In this document: piece after piece, positions 29,995 through 39,492 of the stretch
Layout of the letters: each line of letters begins with the position of its first letter
Numbering within the stretch: the stretch's first letter is position 1
Virus record (IMG/VR): IMGVR_UViG_3300046058_000006
Reading direction: 5' to 3' (one strand)
Length of the DNA stretch: 64,000 bases
DNA from: an uncultured virus (IMG/VR IMGVR_UViG_3300046058_000006)
Lineage: Duplodnaviria > Heunggongvirae > Uroviricota > Caudoviricetes
The notes under the pieces: generated by a model
Database searches by the model: none
Told to the model about the DNA's origin: nothing
The model's input: only the letters and a program-made list of their open reading frames with translations
Position numbers and translations under genes: made by a program

Positions 29995-30336
29995 CTACTT
30001 TTTCACTGGCGGGCTGTAGCTGGCCCGCAGTTTCCCGGTATCCACTGGCGACCTGGCCTGTACGCGCGACGCCAAATCAGCCGCCGCCGATTTCAGCGCG
30101 CCGTCCAAGGTCGCGGCTGTCCTGAAGTATTTGTCAATGTCGCCGCGAAGCGCGTCGGTCGCTGGCCGTAAGTGCGGCTGTTTCGGCATTTTATAGGTGC
30201 CGTATTCTACATGGATCGCATAGTAAACCGGCGATCCGACTATATACGTCGGTTCATCCATCGACTGAAAGGTTTGCTGGTAGTCGCGGAAGTCAGACAG
30301 CCAGGCGCTATAGCCTATAAGGTCAACGAACCCCAT
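29995..30336 (-). CDS. HK97 gp10-like neck protein
   Basis: YAIHVEYGT.KM..QPHLRPA and PVDTGKLRAS motifs. Confidence 0.85.
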   Translation of the reverse strand: MGFVDLIGYSAWLSDFRDYQQTFQSMDEPTYIVGSPVYYAIHVEYGTYKMPKQPHLRPATDALRGDIDKYFRTAATLDGALKSAAADLASRVQARSPVDTGKLRASYSPPVKK

Positions 30337-30439
30337 GCGGTCTATGGTTGACCTGGCCGCAAAAAGACGCTATCGACGGGTTTATATTTGTCCGGCTGTT
30401 CTACCTAACTGTCGCGGACGAAACGCCGCGACGCAAACC

Positions 30440-30946
30440 ATGCAAACAGCATACGATTCGGCAGTTCGATCGATCAAGAATCACCCGGATATAGACCGCG
30501 AATCCGTAACGCCATACGGCAGGTTCGACGGGGAAATCGCCGCGACGCTTGGAAACGTCCAAGACTACGAAACCGCCGCGCGCATGGTAGCGACCCATGC
30601 CGGCGTCAGCGTTGCCCGCGTAACCCCGGAAGGCCGTGTTCACTTTAACGCCGCTGTGATCAAAAAATCCAGCGGGAAGGTAGAAATAGAAGTTATGACA
30701 CCACAACAGTACCGCGACGCGAAATACCATGCCGCGAACCTTGGCCTTCAGGTCGAAGATACGGAAGTCCTTGGCGAATGGGAACACGTTACCGACGGCA
30801 TGGTTCATGCTGTCACGCACGACGACCGTGCTGAAGTCGTGGAAGTCGGCAAAGAAAACTTCTACATAGAAGTCGATAGCGTAATGAAGTGCGAATCCGT
30901 CGGTAGGGGCCGACGCGCTGGCCGTGTGGAAGTCACTTTTGCGTAG
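30440..30946 (+). CDS. Fusion of paralog family A (N-half) and family B (C-half)
   Basis: GEIAA..GRVHF followed by YRDA..GLQVED.EVLGEW; class promoter and leader hairpin. Confidence 0.8.
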   Translation: MQTAYDSAVRSIKNHPDIDRESVTPYGRFDGEIAATLGNVQDYETAARMVATHAGVSVARVTPEGRVHFNAAVIKKSSGKVEIEVMTPQQYRDAKYHAANLGLQVEDTEVLGEWEHVTDGMVHAVTHDDRAEVVEVGKENFYIEVDSVMKCESVGRGRRAGRVEVTFA

Positions 30947-31013
30947 GTTCTTTTCGCGCCGCCCGTTCTAATACGACAAGTTTATACGTATGCCGCTGTT
31001 CTACCTAATCGTA

Positions 31014-31307
31014 ATGGTCGAAAAGACTGCGGGCGAAATTACGATCCGCGTGAACAGCCCCGAAGATTACCGCGACGCTATCCGCGACGCCGATTCCTTC
31101 GGCATGGAATTAGAAGATTCGGAAGTGCGCGGGCGCTGGCGTCGCATTACCGACAGCACGGAACACAACATTACGAACAGGCTTGTCAGCCTGGATCATG
31201 TTGCGGGCGGGTACTTTTACATCAACGCGGGCGAAATATTCCCGTGTGAACCCATCGGCCAGGTCGGGGAAGGCGGATACGGCTACGTCAAACTAACGTT
31301 TAGATAA
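31014..31307 (+). CDS. Hypothetical protein, paralog family B
   Basis: Class promoter 33 nt upstream; family B pattern. Confidence 0.8.
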   Translation: MVEKTAGEITIRVNSPEDYRDAIRDADSFGMELEDSEVRGRWRRITDSTEHNITNRLVSLDHVAGGYFYINAGEIFPCEPIGQVGEGGYGYVKLTFR

Positions 31308-31686
31308 CGAAGCCGCCGACGGTTTTCTGAAACAGCCGGTTCGACGTGTCCCACCTGGCGGCTAATTCCGCGAACTTTCCTGTATCGTCGCCTTCGAAAT
31401 AGGTGATCGCTTCCGGGCCGGTTTTTACTTTCTTTTTCCGTCCGCCGCCGGTATCAGCATAAAGGTAGTCAGCGGCCAGGAACGCGACGGCAGTATCAAA
31501 GGTATAGGACGTTACCCGGTCGTAGATTCGCGGGCCGGCGAAATTGACTGCGGCTTCAATCGCGTCTGAAATCTTCGAATCGCCGTCAGCCGTATCTTCG
31601 GGCGGCTGTTCGCCTTCGGCGCGAAACACGTCGCGCACGTCGCCGACGGTTACGTTGTGGTCATACGATCCAGGTGCAACGGACAT
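31300..31686 (-). CDS. Head-tail adaptor (gp6/SPP1 gp15-like)
   Basis: VTVGDVR..ISDAIEAA..AVAFLAA..K.G..ITY; first minus-strand gene after MCP. Confidence 0.7.
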   Translation of the reverse strand: MSVAPGSYDHNVTVGDVRDVFRAEGEQPPEDTADGDSKISDAIEAAVNFAGPRIYDRVTSYTFDTAVAFLAADYLYADTGGGRKKKVKTGPEAITYFEGDDTGKFAELAARWDTSNRLFQKTVGGFVI

Positions 31687-31745
31687 ACGTAACTGGTATA
31701 GCCTGCGTAAATAAACTTATATGCGTCCGGTGTGTGCGTTGTACT

Positions 31746-32078
31746 ATGGGCCTACAAGAACCCCATAGTTCGCGGGAAGTCGCGGAAGCAACAGACCGTG
31801 TGTTAGATAACGAAGAAGCGAACGAACAGGCGTCGATCGGCCAAGAAGCGGTCGCGGACGAACCGGACGAAACCGGCGGCTTCGGCGCGCGCTTTCCGAA
31901 GCTGAAGGCAGTCGGCCGCGTGCTGTTGGCCTGGATCACCGGATCGGTCTTGGTCGCGCTTGTGGTCTACTTGGCCGGCTTGTCCCTGGCCGCGTTCACA
32001 CCGCCGGCGCAAATTACCATGGTTATCATTAGCACGGTAATCATGTACTACGTCTTTCGGAACCGCACGCGCTTCTAA
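31746..32078 (+). CDS. Membrane protein (2 TM)
   Basis: Acidic N-terminus, two hydrophobic helices; TATA upstream of ATG 31746. Confidence 0.7.
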   Translation: MGLQEPHSSREVAEATDRVLDNEEANEQASIGQEAVADEPDETGGFGARFPKLKAVGRVLLAWITGSVLVALVVYLAGLSLAAFTPPAQITMVIISTVIMYYVFRNRTRF

Positions 32079-32083
32079 GGCCA

Positions 32084-32272
32084 GTGCAAAGACAGCATTT
32101 TTTCGACGTAATGTGGGTGATCGTAACCCTGAATATGGGGATTTTTGTAGTCGTGCCGGCGCTGATTCTAACCCCCATGCCCCTTACCCATCCGACGGTC
32201 ATGCTTCAGACGGGCTTGGTTTTAGCGACGGCTGTGTTCGTCGCGTTCGCGCTGAAAAGAAATGTGGTCTAA
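32084..32272 (+). CDS. Small membrane protein
   Basis: Two hydrophobic helices. Confidence 0.6.
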   Translation: MQRQHFFDVMWVIVTLNMGIFVVVPALILTPMPLTHPTVMLQTGLVLATAVFVAFALKRNVV

Positions 32273-32306
32273 GCTACTGTTCCGTCGTTAAAGCGGCGAA
32301 GCCGCT

Positions 32307-33170
32307 TTAATTTCCGATCCGAATACCGGCGTTCGGGAACGTGTCGGTAAACCCGACAAGCCCGTACATCTGGATTCCGACCCTAACCTGTCGCTTCGGG
32401 TCGTCGTAGTCGTCTACAGTCGGGGCGACCCATTCGGCTTCGCGGCCGAAATACTGCGGGTCGATCAAGTAGGCGTCGCCCGAACCCATGTTGATCATGG
32501 GTGAACTGGACGTATACACGTTCGCCAGGCCAGCGATCGAACCGACGCGACCGTTTCGGATCACGTCGTCGCCGGTATCAGTCGCGTGCGTAAATTCATC
32601 CAGTTTGCGGATGCTTGCAAGCCCCTGATTTCCGACGTAGATTTGCGTCGGTGCAAATTCGCCGTCGTCCGAATCGCGCACGCGCGCGTCAGCGTCTACC
32701 ACATCTTCGTAGGTAATGCCGCCATTCGCGCCGCTTGGGGCGATCGCCGCATGATCGTTGCCCGCAAGACCTGCCTGGAGCGCGTCGAACGCGACCCGAT
32801 CCATGGTAAGACCGACGCGGTTTAGCTTCCGGTTCGCTTCGATAAGGGTTTCCCCTGCGGCATCATCAAGTTCGGCTTCCATCGTAATTTCATACGATTC
32901 GCCGTACTTGTGCCGGGTAACACGGACCTTACGCCGCTCGCCGTCGCGCGAAGGAAATTCCGCGCCTTCTTGGACGATTTCGATTTCTTTTTCGTCGTAG
33001 GCCCCATCTTCGACGTAGAACGAAAATTCATCGTCGTTGACGCCCGAAACGTCCTGTTCCTGAAAGGCGTTACGGAACACGGAATTATGATCAACGCTTT
33101 CCAACAGCACAGCGTTGACCATATCCGGGTCCGTAAGAATATCCGTTGTAAGCTCTGGTTGATCTGCCAT
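32307..33170 (-). CDS. Major capsid protein (HK97 fold)
   Basis: VQEGAEFP...KYGESYEITME, GRVGSIAG; follows scaffold and decoration genes. Confidence 0.9.
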   Translation of the reverse strand: MADQPELTTDILTDPDMVNAVLLESVDHNSVFRNAFQEQDVSGVNDDEFSFYVEDGAYDEKEIEIVQEGAEFPSRDGERRKVRVTRHKYGESYEITMEAELDDAAGETLIEANRKLNRVGLTMDRVAFDALQAGLAGNDHAAIAPSGANGGITYEDVVDADARVRDSDDGEFAPTQIYVGNQGLASIRKLDEFTHATDTGDDVIRNGRVGSIAGLANVYTSSSPMINMGSGDAYLIDPQYFGREAEWVAPTVDDYDDPKRQVRVGIQMYGLVGFTDTFPNAGIRIGN

Positions 33171-33214
33171 TATAGTAAGTCTTTTTTGGTTGCTTTTAAA
33201 TTATTAGTGTGACT

Positions 33215-33634
33215 TTACCGGATTAGAACCAGGCCATGCCCGTCAGCGCCAGGCGCGGCCATAAGAAGCCCATCAAGCCCGGAAGCGCCGCTTTCGCCGT
33301 CGCGGGTCGGTCGTAGTTCGCCGCCGTTTCCGTTCGGCACAAGCGTCGCGGGCGCTTCGGTAGCGGTTCCCGCGTTCCCGTCGCCGCTGGCGTCGTAGTC
33401 CGAAGCGACGCGGGCGTTGCGCGCGCCCTTCATTTCGACAGCAACGTATTCGCCGCCGCCCGGCTTCGACTTGGGCGGTCCCTGTGCAAGACCGTGCCAG
33501 TCTTCGCCGTCCTGGTCAGCGACGCGAACCGTGCGGTCGCCGACAAGAACCAGCGCGTCGTTTTCGTTCACTTCAGCCGATCCGTCAGCCACATCACAGG
33601 TAACGACCTGTGCTTCGGAAAATTCACCGTGCAT
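33215..33634 (-). CDS. Capsid decoration/cement protein
   Basis: Small Gly-rich beta protein between scaffold and MCP. Confidence 0.65.
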   Translation of the reverse strand: MHGEFSEAQVVTCDVADGSAEVNENDALVLVGDRTVRVADQDGEDWHGLAQGPPKSKPGGGEYVAVEMKGARNARVASDYDASGDGNAGTATEAPATLVPNGNGGELRPTRDGESGASGLDGLLMAAPGADGHGLVLIR

Positions 33635-34195
33635 TTAGTTATCCCCCTTGATAGCGTCGATCTTGTCACGCGCGACTTCAGCCGCCGCGTCCCAATGGTC
33701 GCCGTCCATGTTTTCTGCGTGTTCCGCGCGGGCTTCAAGCGCCGCGACCTGTTCCTGTTCGTCGTCCGTAAGCGTCGAACCGCCGCCGGTCGCGCCGGTC
33801 TGTGAAACGCCGCCGCCGGACGACCCAACTGCGTCCGAACCGCCGCCCATGCCGTCGTCCGACGTTTCGCCGTCGCCTGCCGAATCGTCCAAAAGATCGC
33901 TAAGGTCGCCGGCGTAAGCGTCCTGAATCTCAGCAGGCGACATATCGCCCACAAAGTCGTCCGAAAGCCCCGTCTGTTCGGACAGCGCCGCCTGAAGCGT
34001 ATCGACAAGCGGATTCATGGCGTCAACCTGGCTTCGAAGGTCGTCGCGTTCATCTTCCGCTTCCGAAAGCGACGCCTTCAGGTCGTCTACCTTGTCCGCC
34101 TTGTCCTGTGCGTCCGAAAGCGACGCTTTCAGCGCGTCGTACTTATCTTCGGGGATTTCAACCGTACCGTTATCCCGCGTAACTGTATCAGACAT
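33635..34195 (-). CDS. Capsid scaffolding protein
   Basis: Coiled coil plus acidic/Gly linker; SD AAGGAG upstream; synteny. Confidence 0.7.
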   Translation of the reverse strand: MSDTVTRDNGTVEIPEDKYDALKASLSDAQDKADKVDDLKASLSEAEDERDDLRSQVDAMNPLVDTLQAALSEQTGLSDDFVGDMSPAEIQDAYAGDLSDLLDDSAGDGETSDDGMGGGSDAVGSSGGGVSQTGATGGGSTLTDDEQEQVAALEARAEHAENMDGDHWDAAAEVARDKIDAIKGDN

Positions 34196-34311
34196 TACTA
34201 TCTCCTTACGGTTCCCGGTTATTCGGCTGTTTTAAAGCTTTCTTTAGCGGGCGCGCTTGCGCCGGCTGTTTGAAAGTAAATACTTATACGAACGCGCCAG
34301 GAAAACGCCGT

Positions 34312-34821
34312 ATGGCGTCAGCGTCGAACCTTAGCGGCGAAGGCAAATCTTATGATACACAGTCTGAAGAAGCGCGCGCCTTTAAATTTCTTAGCCGCCA
34401 TATGCAGTTAGGACACGTCGAACCATACGGTACGGTCGTTCATCCAGACGGCGCGTACTACCGCAACGACGAAAAAGAACACGCCGGTTACGTAGAAGTC
34501 GCCCGCGCCCTGAATAACAGTCCGTACAGTTGGATCGACGGCGCTTTACCGCGTGACAAGTGGTACTTTATCAGCATACCGGCAAAGCGAATCAATGGCA
34601 AACCGACCGAAAAAAGCGTATTCGTTAAGTTCAACCATAGCATGAATAACTGTTTTGCGATCCACCTGGATAAAGTACCAAGGAAACTTACGCCCCGATC
34701 CAAAGACGCGAATGGCGACGCAGATAGAAATTTCTACACAGTCGAATTTGAAAACAACAGCTACGTTACGGGGATTAAAAACGCCGCGCGCCTGATAGAA
34801 GCGTCGTTCTTCGACGGCTAA
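34312..34821 (+). CDS. Putative PD-(D/E)xK-like nuclease inserted in the head module
   Basis: Non-acidic and AT-richer; D..YVEV..W..IP.K..F.KFN pattern; own TATA. Confidence 0.45.
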   Translation: MASASNLSGEGKSYDTQSEEARAFKFLSRHMQLGHVEPYGTVVHPDGAYYRNDEKEHAGYVEVARALNNSPYSWIDGALPRDKWYFISIPAKRINGKPTEKSVFVKFNHSMNNCFAIHLDKVPRKLTPRSKDANGDADRNFYTVEFENNSYVTGIKNAARLIEASFFDG

Positions 34822-34827
34822 TTAGAT

Positions 34828-35541
34828 TTAATTAACGACGATTCGGTTCGGGTCGGGCTGTTCTTCCAAGACGACGTTAATATCGCGGCCCATTTCATCG
34901 AACAGCGCGCCGGCCGCTTCCGCGAACGCTTCCGGGTCTATTTCGTATTCTTGACCAAGCGAAACCAGGGTTTCCCGGTCTATCGGCATTTCCCCGACTT
35001 CCAAGCTGATTTCCGCGTTCGCTTCGGCCAGCGCCGCCGAAAGCGCGGGGTTGTTTTCGACGCCGCCCGGCGCTGTATAATTCGCGTCGGAAGCGCCCGA
35101 AGCGTCGCCAGGTAGCGCGGAAATCCTGTCGTAGACGTAATCAGTCATAAACGGAACGCCGGTTTCCGTGTGTTCGATATGGTTTTCATCGGGAACAGAC
35201 GCTTCTAAGGACGTGTCTACGCCGCCGGTAGACAGCGCGGCGGCAATGGGTTTGCTTTCGACTTCAGCCGAATAGAACGTGCCTAAGCCGTCCTTGTAGC
35301 CGGCTTCGGTCACTTCCCCCACGTCGATTGCCTGGCCTTCGTGCATGACCGCAAAAGGTTTGCCGACAAGCGTATCTGCGGCCTTTTCCTGTTCTTCAGC
35401 CGGCCAGTGTTTCTTTCCGTGCTTCCCGGTCGTCGTTTCATCTTCCCCAAGGATAACCCCATGCACTTCATGGGGTTCGTCGTCGCCTTCGGCCAAGGTA
35501 GCGCGAAGGTCGTCCGTGACAAATTCGAAAGTTTCGGTCAT
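34828..35541 (-). CDS. Prohead maturation protease
   Basis: LVGKPFAVMH..VGEV..S motif; upstream of scaffold. Confidence 0.75.
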   Translation of the reverse strand: MTETFEFVTDDLRATLAEGDDEPHEVHGVILGEDETTTGKHGKKHWPAEEQEKAADTLVGKPFAVMHEGQAIDVGEVTEAGYKDGLGTFYSAEVESKPIAAALSTGGVDTSLEASVPDENHIEHTETGVPFMTDYVYDRISALPGDASGASDANYTAPGGVENNPALSAALAEANAEISLEVGEMPIDRETLVSLGQEYEIDPEAFAEAAGALFDEMGRDINVVLEEQPDPNRIVVN

Positions 35542-35571
35542 ACTTACGACATAGCTTTCAGCGCATAAAAA

Positions 35572-35886
35572 TCAGGCGGCTTCGAAAAGAATGTTCGACG
35601 CACGCTGTGCGCGCCGTTTCTTTGCGTCTTTGGCGTCGCTGAAAAGGATTTCAAAGATCGCCGACCATATCAGGCGCGCTTCTTGGCGCGACAGTTCGAC
35701 CTGCTGTTCTTCAGGCTTCCATACGCTTGTTTCGCGGTTCAATCGCCGCCGAAGCCGGGCAACGCGAATCCGGGTCACTGCCGGATCGCCTAAGCGGTCA
35801 TACGAAACCGGCAGTTGATCAAGCACGTCGCGGAAATACCAGAACACGCGGCCAGGCGCGTTTACCGTTAACGTCTGTTCGACCAT
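35572..35886 (-). CDS. Hypothetical protein, paralog of 35928-36263
   Basis: AP..VF...RD.L..DP...LR..L...VEL..E..L.WS.I..I.F..RA.RA. Confidence 0.8.
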   Translation of the reverse strand: MVEQTLTVNAPGRVFWYFRDVLDQLPVSYDRLGDPAVTRIRVARLRRRLNRETSVWKPEEQQVELSRQEARLIWSAIFEILFSDAKDAKKRRAQRASNILFEAA

Positions 35887-35927
35887 GTTTTAGCTAACGC
35901 GCCCAAGCGAAAATAAGTAACGGCGTT

Positions 35928-36263
35928 TTACTGTGCTTCAGCCGGCGCGTCAGCTTCGGAAAAGACCAAGTGATCGGCCGCACGGTGTGCGCGCTTCCGG
36001 GCGCGCCGCGAATCGTTATCAAAGATAATGTCGGAAATCCCCGACCATAGTAGATCGATTTCCCGGTCGGTTAGTTCGACGCTGTGCAAGCCGTCAGCCC
36101 ATCCGTTCGTTGTGTTCGAAAGCTTGTGTCGTAGTTCGGTCGCCGCTTTGCGGCTAATTTGGGGGTCGTTGTATTCGCGGTACGTGCGTCGTAGCACGCC
36201 CAAGGCGTCGCGGTACGTTCGGAACACGGACGCAGGCGCTTCGATTTCAGTAGTTTCGACCAT
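35928..36263 (-). CDS. Hypothetical protein, paralog of 35572-35886
   Basis: Class promoter and leader hairpin before ATG 36263. Confidence 0.8.
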   Translation of the reverse strand: MVETTEIEAPASVFRTYRDALGVLRRTYREYNDPQISRKAATELRHKLSNTTNGWADGLHSVELTDREIDLLWSGISDIIFDNDSRRARKRAHRAADHLVFSEADAPAEAQ

Positions 36264-36334
36264 GGTTTGTGTCGCGCGCTTCTTTGCCCGCGACAATTAA
36301 CCAGAACGCCCGGAAGAATATAAACTTGTCGTAT

Positions 36335-36811
36335 TCAGTTTTCCTTTTCTTCGTTCATGCCAGGCCACCCGTCAGCCTGGCGCTTCAGTTGACCTAAGTC
36401 GCGTTGCATATCGTCAGCTTCGTAGCCCGTCGCGGTGTTTTCAGGCGTTCCGTCGCCGTCTACGTCGATCGACATATGCTTGAAGCCGTTATACAGCGCG
36501 TCGTATTTGCCACCCTTGTATTTGCGAAGCGCGTTCGATACGATGTTATCCAGCAGGCCTACGATGGGTGTGTAGGCCGCTATCTGTGCGCCGTAACTGG
36601 CTTGTGACAGCGGTTCGCCGGCCAGCGCGTTCCCCAAGCCGATCACAACAGAAACGGCCAACAGCGACGCAAAACGCGGCACGTCGAACGGTTCGCCGGT
36701 TTGCCAGTAGTTGTTTGCGAAGCGCCAGGTTCCCCAAAACACAGCCGCCGCGATCGTTGTAAGAAAGGCATCCAGGCCAGTACCGTGTAGGCCCGACAAC
36801 AGTTCGTGCAT
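36335..36811 (-). CDS. Holin-like membrane protein
   Basis: Three hydrophobic/amphipathic helices around GEPFD..RF; charged C-terminus. Confidence 0.5.
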   Translation of the reverse strand: MHELLSGLHGTGLDAFLTTIAAAVFWGTWRFANNYWQTGEPFDVPRFASLLAVSVVIGLGNALAGEPLSQASYGAQIAAYTPIVGLLDNIVSNALRKYKGGKYDALYNGFKHMSIDVDGDGTPENTATGYEADDMQRDLGQLKRQADGWPGMNEEKEN

Positions 36812-36836
36812 AGGTTACTTGGGTCTACACAAGCGT

Positions 36837-37052
36837 TTAAACTTGTGCGTCCAAGTAGTCGAAAAGAAGCCAGGCGGTTGTCAGCGTTATGCCGATTGAC
36901 AGCGTAAACGCGACATTCTTTGACATACCGACGCCCATGATAGCGTTACCAAGCACGACGCCAAGCGCGCCAAATACGAACATAATAACGGCTACCAGGC
37001 CGCCGCCGATTACGTCTAAAATCCACGTATCGATCTTGTTTGGGTCTTGCAC
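36837..37052 (-). CDS. Small 2-TM membrane protein
   Basis: Hydrophobicity. Confidence 0.65.
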   Translation of the reverse strand: MQDPNKIDTWILDVIGGGLVAVIMFVFGALGVVLGNAIMGVGMSKNVAFTLSIGITLTTAWLLFDYLDAQV

Positions 37053-37091
37053 ATTTAGCGCGACGGCCAGGACAGTAAAAACACTTACGAA

Positions 37092-37307
37092 CTACAGCCG
37101 TGCGACGAACCGATGTATTTCTACCGCGAACCCTGTCAACGCCATTGCCGCAACGATCATTAACATTAGCGCGACAAGCGAAAAGCTGGTAAGAACCATG
37201 TAAACGCCGAACACAAACGCGCTTACCAGTGCGGCGGCTAACGACAGCAGAAACGCGAAAAAGAACAGTTGTTTGATCGTTCCCCAAACCGTGACTACCT
37301 GAAGCAT
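37092..37307 (-). CDS. Small 2-TM membrane protein
   Basis: Hydrophobicity. Confidence 0.65.
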   Translation of the reverse strand: MLQVVTVWGTIKQLFFFAFLLSLAAALVSAFVFGVYMVLTSFSLVALMLMIVAAMALTGFAVEIHRFVARL

Positions 37308-37347
37308 ACCTTTTCTTCAGGCGGGTAACGACAAAAGCTTTGCGCCG

Positions 37348-38223
37348 CTATCGATCGACTTCAAAGAAGCCGCCGCAGTCACACCATGCGATTTCAGTAT
37401 CGTCGTATTCACGCACGTCGTTAACGTCCGAACCGCAGTCGTCGCACATTAGGTTTTCAGCCGATCCAGTTGCGACGCTTGGGTTCGCTTCAAACATCGG
37501 GTCGTCCGCTATCTTGTCGCGGCTAACGATGCCAGGCGCGCCGCCTTTATCCGGCCCGTAACGGTATTCCGCGTCGCTGTTTGCATCCAGTTCCCTAACG
37601 AACAGGCGACCCGACCCGCAGGTATCACACGTCAGCTTGTCAGCGTTCGTTTGTAGAAACCGGATCGTTTTCGTCCGGTTCTTTTGCCAAGACCGACCGC
37701 CGCACGCATGACAGCCATACACAAACCGGAAGTCCCGGCCAGTATTGTACTTATCCAGGTTCGTGCAACCGTGTGCTTTGCCAAGCCACACGAAACGCGC
37801 CGTGTGACCCGCGATATGCCCGTGTAGGTACAGGTGTGCATGGATTAGCTCATGGCGCACGGTTTGGCAAACATCTTCCCACGTCTGTTGATAGTTCACA
37901 AGCTTCTTGCGAAGCAACCTGTGTTCCGTGATACCGACGCGGGCGACCCGGCGACCGTTTTCGATCTTGTACTTACAGACGCCCGCGCGTTTCGACGCGC
38001 GACTGTCCGAATAGAACCGAACGTCAGACCAAGGAACATCTAACAGTTCGGTTTCGGAAAGGAACCACTTGGCATAGCGTTCCGCCGCTTTCCGGGCGCG
38101 TTTCGCGTCAGCGTCAGCGGGCGGGCGCGTCGCGTCAACATGGGCTTCTTCCCAATTCTTCGCGTCAGCGTATTCTTCGGGGCGCGTTTCGCCTTCGGAC
38201 ACGGCCAGCACGGTTTCGGCCAT
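37348..38223 (-). CDS. SprT-like zinc metalloprotease with Zn ribbons
   Basis: RAGVC..TVRHELIH..GH..F followed by CxxC pairs; class promoter. Confidence 0.9.
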   Translation of the reverse strand: MAETVLAVSEGETRPEEYADAKNWEEAHVDATRPPADADAKRARKAAERYAKWFLSETELLDVPWSDVRFYSDSRASKRAGVCKYKIENGRRVARVGITEHRLLRKKLVNYQQTWEDVCQTVRHELIHAHLYLHGHIAGHTARFVWLGKAHGCTNLDKYNTGRDFRFVYGCHACGGRSWQKNRTKTIRFLQTNADKLTCDTCGSGRLFVRELDANSDAEYRYGPDKGGAPGIVSRDKIADDPMFEANPSVATGSAENLMCDDCGSDVNDVREYDDTEIAWCDCGGFFEVDR

Positions 38224-38270
38224 TACAATTACCCCGAATAGCCGGATACGTAAAAGGGCTACGATCGACG

Positions 38271-38630
38271 TTAGTCGTAGACTTCAGCCAGGTCGTCGTG
38301 TATGTCCGTTTCGAAGCTAATGCTAACGTCGCCGTCGTTAAGCTGTGTTTGGCGCATATCGCCAAGCGTTTGACCGGGGTGTTCCCCGACTAACTGGCCT
38401 TTTGCAAGCGCCGCCGCCATAGCTTCGCCCATCGTATCAGACGTTTGGCGGACTTCAGATTCTATATCCGACCCGTGCAAGACGATTACGACCTTTTGCT
38501 TACTTTCGCGGTACAGCCAGGTCTTTGTTTTGTCTTTCCTTGGGTGTTCGAACCAGTTTAGCACGGGGCCGCTGATTTCCTGCGGCACTGGCGACCTGGC
38601 GCTTTCGTATTCGACTGTCGCGGTTCGCAT
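38271..38630 (-). CDS. Hypothetical protein, paralog family D
   Basis: TVEYES..ISGPV; start set at ATG 38630. Confidence 0.7.
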   Translation of the reverse strand: MRTATVEYESARSPVPQEISGPVLNWFEHPRKDKTKTWLYRESKQKVVIVLHGSDIESEVRQTSDTMGEAMAAALAKGQLVGEHPGQTLGDMRQTQLNDGDVSISFETDIHDDLAEVYD

Positions 38631-38674
38631 AGCGTTTAGCGGTAATAACGGGAACCTTAAAAGCGCGTCGGTTG

Positions 38675-39085
38675 CTAATGAACGTATGTCGTCCGGTCGC
38701 CGCGTGATATAGCGTCCGCGTAGATCATAGTCGGGCCGTCGCCTGATACCTTTTTGACCGTGACATTCGCCCCGGTCGGGTCTGAAACCCGGTCTGTAAC
38801 GCGCTTTCGCGTAAAGCCTTCGCAAGCGTCGCAAAAGTGGCCCTTGTCAAACAGTATAGCCTGTTCTTTGCGGCGCGCGCGTTTGACGTGCGAAGGGTAT
38901 TCCGAGCCAAAGATCACTTCTATAACCGCCGCCGGCGCGCCTTCAAGCTCACCTGGATGCAACCACAGTTCGCTTCTATCGGCATGAAGCTGTTGGGCGT
39001 TGACCACTACACCCGCTTCCGAATCCCGCCTTCCGTTCGCATGGTCGTAGTGAACCGTTACCAGGTCGCCGTTGTTTACTTTCAT
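38675..39085 (-). CDS. Hypothetical protein, paralog family D
   Basis: GDLVTVHY..GVVV; CxxC. Confidence 0.7.
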   Translation of the reverse strand: MKVNNGDLVTVHYDHANGRRDSEAGVVVNAQQLHADRSELWLHPGELEGAPAAVIEVIFGSEYPSHVKRARRKEQAILFDKGHFCDACEGFTRKRVTDRVSDPTGANVTVKKVSGDGPTMIYADAISRGDRTTYVH

Positions 39086-39492
39086 GGATCGCTGTAGACG
39101 CGGTTTCGCCAACAGGGAAACACCGAAACCGTAAGGCCGGGGTTTTCAGGGCTACTAACAGCCGCCCAGTGCAACAGCGGTTCGTCTACACTGTCGCCTT
39201 CAAACCACCCGGCCGCGTCGCCTGGATACAGGCGCTTTTCTGACTTTTCCACAAGGGACGTAAAGTTGTCACCGAAATGCGCCTGATAGATCGGCGCTTT
39301 CAGGGTCGGGTTGTGCATCGGATGAAAGATCACCGAACTGGCGCTTCCATCTTCGCCGTCCGACAGACGCGGCGGATTTCCGTGTTCGACGCCAAGCACG
39401 ACGCCGGTTAGCTGTTCGCGCGCGCCGCTAATCGCGCTGTTGTACTTGATGCTTACCAGGTCTCCCCATTCACAGGTTTCTATCGCGGTCAT
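39082..39492 (-). CDS. Hypothetical protein, paralog family D
   Basis: GDLVSIKYNS..LTGVV. Confidence 0.7.
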   Translation of the reverse strand: MTAIETCEWGDLVSIKYNSAISGAREQLTGVVLGVEHGNPPRLSDGEDGSASSVIFHPMHNPTLKAPIYQAHFGDNFTSLVEKSEKRLYPGDAAGWFEGDSVDEPLLHWAAVSSPENPGLTVSVFPCWRNRVYSDP

